The translations under genes and the position numbers were made by a program. A model generated the notes under the pieces. It made no database searches and was not told the DNA's origin. It saw only the letters and a program-made list of their open reading frames with translations. 51,432 bases of DNA from an uncultured Porphyrobacter sp. (GTDB taxonomy: Bacteria; Pseudomonadota; Alphaproteobacteria; Sphingomonadales; Sphingomonadaceae). This document shows, piece by piece, positions 26,308 through 36,032 of this stretch (position 1 is its first letter; each line of letters starts with the position of its first letter). The stretch is from NCBI GenBank assembly GCA_964543735.1, contig CAZJAG010000003.1, positions 1 to 51,432 of the forward strand, in the 5' to 3' direction.

Positions 26308-26709
26308 CTAGCCCCCCATCCGCATGATGTCTTGGTATGCTTTCAAGAGATGGTTGCGCACTTGCAGGGTCGCTTCAAAGGCGACGCCGGATTCCTGCCG
26401 CGCCAGCATCACTTGCGAGATATCGGTCACTTCGCCGCGTTCATAGGCGGCAGCCATGTCGCTCGAACGCTTCTGAATGGCGCTCACTTCGCCAGCTGCA
26501 TCGGACAATGTCTGAGCGAAGCTGGCGACGCCTTGCTGGCGGTCGAGCGGTGCGGTTGCATCTGGATGGGTGGTCTGCGTTGCTTGGGTAGTCTGCGTTG
26601 TTTGGGTTTCGGGCGCGGATATCTGTTTGAGCGCCGAACTGCGCGCCACAATCTGTTCGCGCATGGCGAGGATATCGCCAATGCCGCTGGGGCCCCCGAC
26701 GCTGCTCAT
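26308..26709 (-). CDS. fliE: FliE
   Basis: QVRNHLLKAYQDIMRM. Confidence 0.93.
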   Translation of the reverse strand: MSSVGGPSGIGDILAMREQIVARSSALKQISAPETQTTQTTQATQTTHPDATAPLDRQQGVASFAQTLSDAAGEVSAIQKRSSDMAAAYERGEVTDISQVMLARQESGVAFEATLQVRNHLLKAYQDIMRMGG

Positions 26710-28013
26710 CGCGCAGCACCAGCTTCAAGCACGCCATCTTCGCGCATCGAGGCGAGACGATAGCGCAAAGTGCGCTCCGAAATGCCCAGCTGCTTGGCCG
26801 TATTGCCGCGATGGCCATTGCATTGCTCAAGCGCGTCAAGGATCGCCTGCGCTTCGGACTGGCGCGCGACATCGGATAGCGAAGGCGCGCCTCTATCGGA
26901 AGTGTTAGCCACCGGCATCAATGGCACGCGTTCATCCTCGTGCACAGCCCGCACAGCGCTGTCGAACTGGATATGCTCAGGCTCGATCACAGTAGTGTCA
27001 TGGGCGAGCAGGATCGCGCGGCGGATCACATTTTCCAGCTCGCGCACATTGCCCGGCCATGGATGGCGCGAAAGGCGAGCCAAAGCCGCAGCGGAAATCC
27101 AGCTCGGCAAACCGTGGCGGCAGCCATGGCGCAGCAGCATCCCGAAAGCGAGCGGCGCCAGATCATCGGGCCGGTCGCGCAAAGCGGGCAGGCGCATGGG
27201 AAAGACGCTGAGGCGGTAGAACAGATCTTCGCGAAAACGCCCTTCCTCAACCTCAAGCGCCAGCTCGCGATTGGTGCAAGCAACAATCCGCACATCAATG
27301 GGAACCGGCTTGGTCGCGCCCAGCGGAAGGACTTCGCCCTCTTGCAAAGTGCGCAGCAATTTCGCCTGAAGCGCGAGCGGCAATTCGCCAATCTCGTCGA
27401 GCAGCAAAGTGCCCTTGTCAGCTGCGCGAAACAACCCCTCGGCTGCTTCGCTAGCGCCAGTAAACGCGCCCTTCTTGTGACCGAACAGCAATGCTTCAAG
27501 CATCGCTTCGGGCATGGCCGCGCAATTGACAGCGACAAACGGCTCGCCAGCGCGCTCGCTTGAATTGTGGAGATAGCGGGCGAAGACTTCCTTGCCCGTG
27601 CCCGAAGGCCCGCCGATCAGCACCGGAATATCGCTTGAGCCAAGCCGCTCGGTCAATGTGAGCAGCGCATGGGTCTGATTGTCGCCCGAAATCGGCGCAT
27701 TGCTGCCAACACCAGCGGCAAGCAAAGCAGCCATTGCCGCTCCAAGCTGCGAAGGCGCATAATGCAAACGAATCTTGCGAGAATTGATATATTCCAGCGC
27801 GCATGTCTCACCATGACCAAGCTCAATCGTTAGCGCCTCTGCGCGCGGCTCGTCGCTGCGCCGGGTCAGGGGGCTAATCGCTTCATTGCAACCGGCCGCC
27901 ACAATGTTGAGCGCAGCCTCACGCTTGGCAGAAGCGAGCACCGGAAGCGTCCCGTCAAGCAGGGAAGAAAACTTTTTCGCGCCATCTGAGATGCGGATAA
28001 TCGGCTTCATCAT
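26706..28013 (-). CDS. fleQ: sigma54-dependent activator, FleQ/FlrA-like flagellar master regulator
   Basis: GPSGTGKE, GAFTGA, LLDEIGE, FREDLFYRL, WPGNVREL, C-terminal Fis-type HTH; no canonical receiver. Confidence 0.8.
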   Translation of the reverse strand: MMKPIIRISDGAKKFSSLLDGTLPVLASAKREAALNIVAAGCNEAISPLTRRSDEPRAEALTIELGHGETCALEYINSRKIRLHYAPSQLGAAMAALLAAGVGSNAPISGDNQTHALLTLTERLGSSDIPVLIGGPSGTGKEVFARYLHNSSERAGEPFVAVNCAAMPEAMLEALLFGHKKGAFTGASEAAEGLFRAADKGTLLLDEIGELPLALQAKLLRTLQEGEVLPLGATKPVPIDVRIVACTNRELALEVEEGRFREDLFYRLSVFPMRLPALRDRPDDLAPLAFGMLLRHGCRHGLPSWISAAALARLSRHPWPGNVRELENVIRRAILLAHDTTVIEPEHIQFDSAVRAVHEDERVPLMPVANTSDRGAPSLSDVARQSEAQAILDALEQCNGHRGNTAKQLGISERTLRYRLASMREDGVLEAGAAR

Positions 28014-28143
28014 GGGTCTTTCGTTTGCGGTTGCGACACGAGGTAAATGGCCCAGAGACGGACAAGACTTCACAAATTTAAGCCTGCGTAGTTCCACGGT
28101 GCCTTTTGTGCTGCGGATTGCGGACCAATTTTGGATCAGGCCT

Positions 28144-28169
28144 TAAAGAACTTTGCGGATGGTCGGTCT
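28144..28169 (+). promoter_or_regulatory. Putative FliA promoter of fliC
   Basis: TAAA-N14-GTCGGTCT. Confidence 0.55.
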
Positions 28170-28226
28170 TCCTAGGTGACAGCCACGGTTTCGGACTGGC
28201 TGTGGCAATATTCAGGAGACTTACAA

Positions 28227-29045
28227 ATGACTGTTATCAATACGAATATCTCGGCCCTGCGGGCGTCTAACTCTAGCTCGGAAGCCAACAAGATGCTGGG
28301 CCAAGCGATGGAACGCCTCTCTAGCGGTAAGCGCATCAATGGCGCGAAAGACGATGCAGCGGGCCTCGCGATTGCGACCGGCATGACTTCAGACATCCGC
28401 GCAATGAACCAGGGCATTCGTAACGCGAATGACGGTATCGCACTGGCACAAACCGCAGAAGGCGCGCTCGACGAGGTCAGCAACATGCTCCAGCGTGTTC
28501 GCGAACTGGCCGTGCAGTCCAGCACCGGCACTTACAATGCGGAAAGCCGCGGATATATGGACATTGAGGTGGACGAGCTTCAGGCCCAGATTTCTGACAT
28601 TCTCGCCAATACTGAGTTCAACGGCGTTGACCTGTTCTCGACCACAAGCGGCAGCGATGTCAGCGTAACCATCGCGCTCGATGCAACCAACACGGTTGAT
28701 CTGACCAGCACTGCGATTGACGGCACAAACATCAGCACCACGGCGCTGGATGTGACCACAGCCACTTTGGCCGGCACGACCATCACCAATGTCGACAATG
28801 CTCTGGATGATGTGAACGCAACCCGCGCTTCGCTGGGTGCAGGTCAAAACCGCCTCGAATCGGCGATCAGCAACCTGACCTCAAACTCGACCAATCTGGC
28901 AGACGCCCGTTCGCGGATCGAGGATACCGATTATTCGGCAGAGACCACCGCGCTCGCCAAGGCCCAGATCCTGTCGCAGGCCTCGACCGCTATGTTGGCG
29001 CAGGCCAACCAGTCGCAGCAAAACGTCCTCTCGCTGCTTCGTTAA
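28227..29045 (+). CDS. fliC: Flagellin (short, 272 aa)
   Basis: [51 protein letters not shown]; AGGAG RBS. Confidence 0.97.
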   Translation: MTVINTNISALRASNSSSEANKMLGQAMERLSSGKRINGAKDDAAGLAIATGMTSDIRAMNQGIRNANDGIALAQTAEGALDEVSNMLQRVRELAVQSSTGTYNAESRGYMDIEVDELQAQISDILANTEFNGVDLFSTTSGSDVSVTIALDATNTVDLTSTAIDGTNISTTALDVTTATLAGTTITNVDNALDDVNATRASLGAGQNRLESAISNLTSNSTNLADARSRIEDTDYSAETTALAKAQILSQASTAMLAQANQSQQNVLSLLR

Positions 29046-29091
29046 AGGTCGCACCGGTGGCCAGCTTCTCAACCGCTGGCCCCGCCCCTTG

Positions 29092-29133
29092 GCTCCGGAT
29101 GGGTTTCAACGGCTCATCCGGAGCTCTTTTTTT
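29092..29133 (+). terminator. Rho-independent terminator of fliC
   Basis: GCTCCGGATGGG...CTCATCCGGAGC stem followed by a T-tract. Confidence 0.75.
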
Positions 29134-31550
29134 GGCTCGTTCCGCAAGGGGTTGGCCGTGGTGAGCCGAGCGCGCGGCCGACCGCGATAAGCGAGCGGCC
29201 GGAAAACTATCTCGACCATCAGCTCTTCAGCTGGCTCGGCGGAGCTGCCGCTCGTCTTGGGTGGGTGGACGAGCAAAATGCCATCTTCGCGCGTGCAGCG
29301 GAAAAGGCCGGGCGAGCTTTCTTCGATGCCATCGCAAAATACCGGCAGGGGTATTTCCGTTGCCGCCGGGGCCTCGCCATCTTTCAAACTCGCCAAAGGG
29401 GATGCAGTGATTGCAGCAATTTCCAGCCAGTCAAACTGCGCGCCAAACTGGACAGCGATGGAATAGCGCGATGCACCGATGGGCAGGCGCAGAGCAAAAT
29501 GCCCCTCATACGTCGCAGACGCGTTGAGCGTGCGCTGCGAGGCATTGTCTCCATCGAGATAGATCACCGGCAGCTCAATCGCGCCGCTTGCAAAATCATC
29601 ATAGGTGAGGCTGAGGCCCAGCAGCTTTTGCGAGAGCAGGGACAGGCGCAAGGACATATCCTCACCCGCCAGTTCAGCTGGCAGATACATCCGTGAAGAG
29701 CCCTTCATATAGAACAGCCCGCGCCGCTTGAGCCCTTCGCGCGCCTCTTCAGGATCAAACAGCGCAACCATCCGCTCGCTGCCCAGATTAACGTCATGCT
29801 CGAAAGCTTGGACTACGGCGAGCTCGCTTGGCAAAGGCAAATACATTAGCCGCGCGAGCACTGCTGCTGCCGAACGGCTTCGAGCCATCTGCGCATTGGC
29901 ATTTGTGCAGCGAATTGTAGCACCCTCGCCAGCTGCGCGCGCAAAGGCGAGGCATCCCGCCTGCACTTGCTCGCGCACAGCGCTTTGCCGCCCCTTCACG
30001 CTGTTCTTGCTGCGGATAGGCTTGCCATCCTCGCTATAATCAACCGCCGATCCCATTGCCGTGGTGCAAAGCTGTTCCAGCACCGCAACATTGGCGCACA
30101 TCGCCTCAAGCGCTTCGGGCGAGAAATGCTCCGCGTCGATCAAGCCGCGCTTATCAAGTCCGGTTGCCTCCATCTCACGCAGCAGCAGATACCGGCCCGC
30201 GACATGCACGCCCAGCTCCTCTTGCAACAAGGCATCAATCCGGTTTTGCGCCGAGCCATTATAGCCCAGATCAATCAGCATCAGCGTATCGCCTGGCTGG
30301 GGATCGCAAGCATCGCGGATATGCGCGATCAGCCGCCCCGCATATTCGCGCGAGCGGCGCTGGATCGTCTTTTGACGTGTGCCGCTGCGCAATTCTGCGT
30401 GGAGCTTTCTCGCCGCATCCGTGTGGCTATCCGCCTCATCATAACGCGCAATCTCACCCTCTTCGAACAGCATTTGGCGAGCAAGCGTTTCCGGTTTAAG
30501 GCCCAGCTCTTGGGCCGCATGTTCTTCAATGGCGGCGCGATTGGTGAGCGAGGCAGCAGTGGCGGCATAGCGGCTGATCTCAACCGTGGTGAAGCCTGTG
30601 CGTTGATCGAGCACGCGTCCGACCTCACGCGGCAGAAATCCGTCGCGCAGCATGAAGAGCCAGTGCACTTGGCCTTTACTCGCCGCGTCCAGAGCGCGCG
30701 CTTCACCCTCCAGCCATGTGTGAAATGCGTGGAACAGCGGGCCGAGCACACCAAAGCCCAACCTTTGCGCCGGATTGGAAATCTGCGGCTCGCCCAAAGC
30801 CATCACCGCGCGATGCGGCTGCAAATGCTGCGGGCCATCTGATCGAGGCGTCAGCATTGCGTCCAGCGCCGCTTCCAACCGCAAACGCTGCGCTACCTCT
30901 GGCGAGAATTGTTTGAGATGCAGCGCGGGAATGCCCAGCGCTCTTGCCGCATCGAAATCCGCCTTGCGATTGTCGCCAATGTGCAGAAATTGCGAAGGAT
31001 TGCACTTTAGCTTGGCAAGCACATCGCCCAGCATACCTTGCGTCTTGGAGCGGCCAATTTGCGAGGAGCAGAAGATAGTGTCGATCAAATCGCGCACATG
31101 CCTGCCGCCGGCCCGCTCGATTAATTGGCCCAGCTCGCCCGCATCGAGATAGGTGTCGGACGCGATTACAATCTTCATCCCTTTCGCCTTGGCTGCGCGC
31201 ATCAATTCGACCGTAGGCGCAAAGGCGAAGCAACAGCGCGCCTCTGCTTCCAATTCTGCCGCAATCGCGGCCTTGCGCGTTTTCGCATCGCCATTGGGCA
31301 GCACTTGCGCATAAATGTCGCTGAGCGAAACTTCGGTGCGCGACCGCAAAGCGCCCATCCTTTTGCGCGCGCGGCTCTCCCCCACAATCCGCTGGCCGGG
31401 CGAAATAGCGGCAAGATCGCCAAAGACGCCGCTAGGCTTGTGGGTATCGCGCCATAAGAGTGTATCAAAGCAATCGAGCGAGAGCACCTTGGCTTGGGGC
31501 GCGCGCTCCAAAGCTTGGGGCAATTCATGGGGAAGAATGGTGTCGGTCAT
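29106..31550 (-). CDS. HAD phosphatase + phosphoribosyltransferase-like protein (putative bifunctional ribofuranosyltransferase)
   Basis: SLDCFDTLL, ASDTY, HIGDN..AD (HAD domain); FMLRDG, ISR, IDLGYNGSAQ (gPRT-like domain). Confidence 0.7.
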   Translation of the reverse strand: MTDTILPHELPQALERAPQAKVLSLDCFDTLLWRDTHKPSGVFGDLAAISPGQRIVGESRARKRMGALRSRTEVSLSDIYAQVLPNGDAKTRKAAIAAELEAEARCCFAFAPTVELMRAAKAKGMKIVIASDTYLDAGELGQLIERAGGRHVRDLIDTIFCSSQIGRSKTQGMLGDVLAKLKCNPSQFLHIGDNRKADFDAARALGIPALHLKQFSPEVAQRLRLEAALDAMLTPRSDGPQHLQPHRAVMALGEPQISNPAQRLGFGVLGPLFHAFHTWLEGEARALDAASKGQVHWLFMLRDGFLPREVGRVLDQRTGFTTVEISRYAATAASLTNRAAIEEHAAQELGLKPETLARQMLFEEGEIARYDEADSHTDAARKLHAELRSGTRQKTIQRRSREYAGRLIAHIRDACDPQPGDTLMLIDLGYNGSAQNRIDALLQEELGVHVAGRYLLLREMEATGLDKRGLIDAEHFSPEALEAMCANVAVLEQLCTTAMGSAVDYSEDGKPIRSKNSVKGRQSAVREQVQAGCLAFARAAGEGATIRCTNANAQMARSRSAAAVLARLMYLPLPSELAVVQAFEHDVNLGSERMVALFDPEEAREGLKRRGLFYMKGSSRMYLPAELAGEDMSLRLSLLSQKLLGLSLTYDDFASGAIELPVIYLDGDNASQRTLNASATYEGHFALRLPIGASRYSIAVQFGAQFDWLEIAAITASPLASLKDGEAPAATEIPLPVFCDGIEESSPGLFRCTREDGILLVHPPKTSGSSAEPAEELMVEIVFRPLAYRGRPRARLTTANPLRNEPKKELRMSR

Positions 31551-31677
31551 ACTCGGCCTCTCGTCATGGACGCACGAACAGGGCCGCTCCCGATCCGCTG
31601 CGATCGGGCGATGAGCTATGCAATCATGGTGAGCGCGCGCTTACCCAGAGGCTAGGCAATGTTACGCGGTACGCGTT

Positions 31678-32547
31678 TCACTTAACGGTGATCGACATCC
31701 GGCGATTGCGCGGATCAGCAGGATCATCGGCGATCAAGGGCTCGCGCGCAGCCACGCCTTCGATCCGGTCAAACCGGTCCTCGTCAAGCCCGCCTTGCAA
31801 GAGAGCCTGCCGCGTTGCCTCGGCCCTGCCCGCCGATAGCGACCAATTGTTCGCCTCGACACCTGCGCGCCAAGGCAGCGCATCGGTATGGCCGCGCACC
31901 GTCACGCTGACCGGCTTTTCCGCCAGCGTCTCTGCCACAATTTGCAGCAGCTCACGCGCCTCGCCGACCAGCACGGTAGTGCCCAGCGCGAACATCGAGA
32001 AGTCGGCATCATCGACCAGATCAATCCGCACGCCCAGTTCGGTTTGCGACACCTTGACCTGTTTCGCAAGATGGCGGATCTCGCTCTTCTTCTTCAGCTT
32101 TTCCTCAATCTGCTTCTCAAGCTCCTTGCGCATGTCCTCAGTAGTGCGCTCAACGCCATTGCCTTCCACAGGTCCGCCCACAGCCGAGCGCGGAATGGTT
32201 ATCGACCGGTTGCCGGTCTGCCCCTGCCGGTTGGGGTAATTGTCAACATCGGTGAGCGAACTGCCGTTCATGAACCCGTCCGAGCCTGCGCTTTTCTCTT
32301 TGATCTTCACCAAGGTCGGCGTGAAGAAATCGGCAAGACCTTTACGCTGATCCTCGGTTGTCGCGCCCAATAGCCACATCAACAGGAAGAACGCCATCAT
32401 CGCGGTGACGAAATCGGCATAGGCGACTTTCCAAGCGCCGCCATGATGGCCAGCCTCTTGAATTGTGATCTTTTTCACAATGATCGGCGGCAACGCCTCG
32501 GGCGCATCACCGGCAGTTGGGCCAGCAGTTGGAGGAGCGCTCGCCAT
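31678..32547 (-). CDS. motB: Stator MotB
   Basis: WKVAYADFVTAMMAFF, GHTD, NWSLSAGRA, NRR. Confidence 0.95.
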   Translation of the reverse strand: MASAPPTAGPTAGDAPEALPPIIVKKITIQEAGHHGGAWKVAYADFVTAMMAFFLLMWLLGATTEDQRKGLADFFTPTLVKIKEKSAGSDGFMNGSSLTDVDNYPNRQGQTGNRSITIPRSAVGGPVEGNGVERTTEDMRKELEKQIEEKLKKKSEIRHLAKQVKVSQTELGVRIDLVDDADFSMFALGTTVLVGEARELLQIVAETLAEKPVSVTVRGHTDALPWRAGVEANNWSLSAGRAEATRQALLQGGLDEDRFDRIEGVAAREPLIADDPADPRNRRMSITVK

Positions 32548-32549
32548 GG

Positions 32550-33413
32550 TCAGCCGCCGCGCATCATATCAAGCAAATCGGTCAGCTTGGGGCGATGATG
32601 CGGCGGGAGGCCGGAACGCGCCGCTTCGAGCACCAGCGGCTGCGGATAACCATGCAACGAGGCGATGATCACTTGCTTGACCGAGTGGAAGATTTGCTGG
32701 TCATGCTTGTTGATCTGGTTGAGCCTGCCGGTCATCGGGCCGACAAAGCCATAGGCCAAAAGCACGCCCAGAAAAGTTCCGACCAGCGCTGCGCCGATCA
32801 TTCCGCCCAGCACTTCGGGAGGTTGGTCAATCGAACCCATTGTCTTGATCACACCGAGCACGGCGGCAACAATCCCGAGCGCGGGCAGCGCATCGGCCAT
32901 GGACTGCATCGAGTGCGCTGGCTCTTCCATTTCATGCAGCTGGGTCTTGATCGCATTGTCGATCACATCTTCCACCGCATGGGTGTCGAGTGTGCCGCTG
33001 GAGACGACCATCAAGGTCAATGCATCACAGATCAGATCACGCACCGCATCATCGGCCAAGAGAGTTGGATATTCGGCAAATATCGATGAGCTATCCGGCT
33101 CTGTCACATGCGATTCCAGCGCCACAGCGCCTTCGGTGCGCAGCATCTTCATAAGCTTGCTGGTTAGCGCGATTGCGTCAATATGATCCTGATCGGAATA
33201 TTTCGGCCCCTTGAAGACTTTGCCAAATCCGCCGCCAATCGCTTTGAGCTCATGAGTGGTGTTGCCGATCACCAATGCGCCCACTGCCGCGCCGCCAATG
33301 ATCATCATCTCAATCGGTAATGCAGCCAGAATCGGCATCATATTGCCGCCGGCAATCATAAAGCCGCCAAACACCATGACGAGCAGGATAATGATGCCTA
33401 TCGCGGCGAACAT
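32550..33413 (-). CDS. motA: Stator MotA
   Basis: DALPALGIVAAVLG, ALVGTFLGVLLAYG. Confidence 0.95.
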   Translation of the reverse strand: MFAAIGIIILLVMVFGGFMIAGGNMMPILAALPIEMMIIGGAAVGALVIGNTTHELKAIGGGFGKVFKGPKYSDQDHIDAIALTSKLMKMLRTEGAVALESHVTEPDSSSIFAEYPTLLADDAVRDLICDALTLMVVSSGTLDTHAVEDVIDNAIKTQLHEMEEPAHSMQSMADALPALGIVAAVLGVIKTMGSIDQPPEVLGGMIGAALVGTFLGVLLAYGFVGPMTGRLNQINKHDQQIFHSVKQVIIASLHGYPQPLVLEAARSGLPPHHRPKLTDLLDMMRGG

Positions 33414-33456
33414 GGTGTGATCTCTATTCCTTCAAAACGGGGGCAGGCGAGCCTGC

Positions 33457-34377
33457 TCAAAGCGCGTCAAACAGCGAAAGCGAAGTCAGCCGAACGAAGC
33501 TCAACTGGCTTGCCTCCAAGACGTTCAGAACCTGTTGAAGCTCGGATATGGTTTCTGCCAGATCGACCCCGCCCAGCTCGCCTTCTTCCTCGGCGCGCGC
33601 TTCGGAAAGCTGCACCTGGCTGAACTGGACAGCATCTAGCCACGCCGTGCGAGAACCCAGCACGGTTTGCGAGCGGCCCAGATTGTCAATCGCTGCGTCA
33701 AATCCGGCAAGGCTGTCACGCGCTGTGGCCGCCGGATCGCCCGTATTGCTGCGCAATGCGGTGGACAGATCGGCAAGGAAAGCAAAGGCATCAGTGGTAA
33801 CCCCGCCCGCTTCAAATTCGAAAGCCGCAGGGCCAGTGACGCCGCGCTCCAGCGATATGCCGCGCCCGATTTCCACCGAAGCAGCGCTCGCTGTGCCCAC
33901 ATAAGTGATCGCGCCGTTGGCATCTTGCGCATAGGCTGCATCCGCGCCCTCCCCGCCGAACAAGGCCTGCCCCGTGCTGTCGGTCAAATTGGCGAAATCG
34001 AACAGCGAGGCGCGCAGCTCATCAATCTCGACCGCCAAAGCCTCACGCGCTTCAGCGCCGGTTGCGGCATTGGCCCCGACAAGTGCGAGATCGCGCGCGC
34101 GCAGCATGATCTGGGTCATGTCATCAAGCGCTTGCGAGGCCGAGGTGAGGCTTTGCGAGACGCTGTCCGCATTGGCATTGTCAATCTCGGCAAGCCGTCC
34201 TTCGCGCGCGAGCGAGCGCAGCCGAGCAGCCGCGACAGGATCATCCGAACCGCGCTCCAGCTTCTCGCCAGTGGCAATCTGCGTCTGCAACCGCCCTGCG
34301 CTTTCGCGCAAAGACGCCATTTGCGTCAGCGACCCTTTGTAAAAGCTCGCCGTCGTGCCGGTCACACTATCCATCAC
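33457..34377 (-). CDS. flgL: Hook-filament junction FlgL
   Basis: QIATGEK..SDDPVAA, LFGG, LSLFDAL. Confidence 0.92.
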   Translation of the reverse strand: MMDSVTGTTASFYKGSLTQMASLRESAGRLQTQIATGEKLERGSDDPVAAARLRSLAREGRLAEIDNANADSVSQSLTSASQALDDMTQIMLRARDLALVGANAATGAEAREALAVEIDELRASLFDFANLTDSTGQALFGGEGADAAYAQDANGAITYVGTASAASVEIGRGISLERGVTGPAAFEFEAGGVTTDAFAFLADLSTALRSNTGDPAATARDSLAGFDAAIDNLGRSQTVLGSRTAWLDAVQFSQVQLSEARAEEEGELGGVDLAETISELQQVLNVLEASQLSFVRLTSLSLFDAL

Positions 34378-35708
34378 CGGATACCCAGTATGGTTTCAAA
34401 GATCTCGCCAGCGATTTGCATCACTCGGCCAGAGGCCTGGAACGCCTGCTGATAACGCACCAGATTGGCCGCTTCCGCTTCCAGATCGACTTCGGTAGCG
34501 GTGGCGAGCGCGCCTTGCGCATTGCTCGCTAATGTTGAAAGCGCATCGCGCGTGATCGAACGGCTGCGCACATTGCTCGACACATCAAACAGCAGCGCAT
34601 CGGCCTGGCTGGCGGGGCCATTGTTGGCGAGCACTGCGCGCAAGCTTTGCAAATTGCTGACATCCACGCTTTGCGCTGGAGCGCCTGCGGGCGCGGTTGC
34701 GATTTTGTCGCCGCTGATGAGGGCAAGCGCTATATCACCAGCGCCGCTGCCAGCGAAGAAGGGCTGTCCAGCGCTGCCATCTTGAGCTGTACCATTGGCT
34801 TGGCTCGCATTGAATGAAGTGATGACGGAGCTTGCCAAATTATCGAGCTCAACGCGCAAATCGGCTTGCGCAGCAAGGGCGCTGGAATCGCCGGCGAGGC
34901 TTCCTGCTCCCGGGCTTACAACATTGCCGCCCACTGCGAACGCCAGCGATCCATCCGAATTCTGGCCGAGGGTGAGGGTGGCGGCTGTGTCACCGCTCAC
35001 CAAAGCTGCGCCGCTGCCATCATTCACTCGCACATTGGCAGCGCCAGTTGGCGTGAATTCAGCCGAGATACCAATATGCTCGGACAAATCGCGCAGGATC
35101 ACATCGCGCTGGTCAAGCAGGCTGGAATGCCCCGAAGATGTCGTGTCAGAACGCAGCAAGCTTTCATTGAGCTTGGCCAATTGCGCGCTTAGCCGGTTGA
35201 CTTCGCTCACCCCTGTTTCCGCCTGAAAGAGAGTGGAGCGCGAGGCGGCCTCTACTGCTTCGCTGGCAATCCCGAAACTGCCCGCCAGCACGCGCCCTTG
35301 CTCCAAAGCATTCGCGCGCAAGGCCGGATCGAGCGGATCGGATTCGAGCCGCGCCATCGCCGCTTCCAGCTCGACAAGGCCATTGTAAAGCCCCGATTGC
35401 TCGACCGCGCTTTCCGCTGCTTTCAATCCCGCCAATTCCGCATCCGCGCGGGCAAGGCTTGATCCGCTGCGGCGTGCCTCGGCTTGCAGGAATTCGTTTT
35501 CGGGCCGCGTTATGCCGACATAGCGCACGCCGTTGAATGCCGTGCCTGACCCGCTGGCAGAGCCTGTTGCTGCCATTTCTTCGACATTGGCGCGGCGCCG
35601 GACATAGCCTTCGGTCTCGGCATTGGCGATATTCTGCGCTGTCACTTCGAGCGAAATGCGCGCAGCCTTTGCCCCTGTGGCACCGATATTGATGAGCGCA
35701 CTGGACAT
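34374..35708 (-). CDS. flgK: Hook-associated protein FlgK
   Basis: NIANAETEGYVR, LLDQRD, EAANLVRYQQAFQA. Confidence 0.94.
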   Translation of the reverse strand: MSSALINIGATGAKAARISLEVTAQNIANAETEGYVRRRANVEEMAATGSASGSGTAFNGVRYVGITRPENEFLQAEARRSGSSLARADAELAGLKAAESAVEQSGLYNGLVELEAAMARLESDPLDPALRANALEQGRVLAGSFGIASEAVEAASRSTLFQAETGVSEVNRLSAQLAKLNESLLRSDTTSSGHSSLLDQRDVILRDLSEHIGISAEFTPTGAANVRVNDGSGAALVSGDTAATLTLGQNSDGSLAFAVGGNVVSPGAGSLAGDSSALAAQADLRVELDNLASSVITSFNASQANGTAQDGSAGQPFFAGSGAGDIALALISGDKIATAPAGAPAQSVDVSNLQSLRAVLANNGPASQADALLFDVSSNVRSRSITRDALSTLASNAQGALATATEVDLEAEAANLVRYQQAFQASGRVMQIAGEIFETILGIR

Positions 35709-35711
35709 GGC

Positions 35712-36032
35712 CTATCCGCCTCCATTGGAAGCGTGGGGGCCGAGATGGGCGGCCAATTGTTCTTCGATAGAGCGCGCCAGACCCAGCCCGCCGCCTTGCG
35801 CTGCCAGATCGGCAAAATGTTCATCGCGCATCGCGGAAAACTCTTTCATACCGGGGCCGGAAAACAGCCCTTCGCCGCCCAGCTCGCTATTGCGCGCGCT
35901 GGCGAGCATTTGGCGCAGGAAGATCGCTTCGAAAGCTTGCGCCGCCTCGCGCAATTCCATCCGCTCAGGCGAGATGGGATTGGCAGACGTGAGCGAAGTG
36001 CTCGCGTTAAGAGGTGAAAGACCGGTCATCAC
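35712..36032 (-). CDS. flgJ: FlgJ, rod-binding domain only
   Basis: AAQAFEAIFLRQML..R, GLGLA; no muramidase domain. Confidence 0.88.
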   Translation of the reverse strand: MMTGLSPLNASTSLTSANPISPERMELREAAQAFEAIFLRQMLASARNSELGGEGLFSGPGMKEFSAMRDEHFADLAAQGGGLGLARSIEEQLAAHLGPHASNGGG

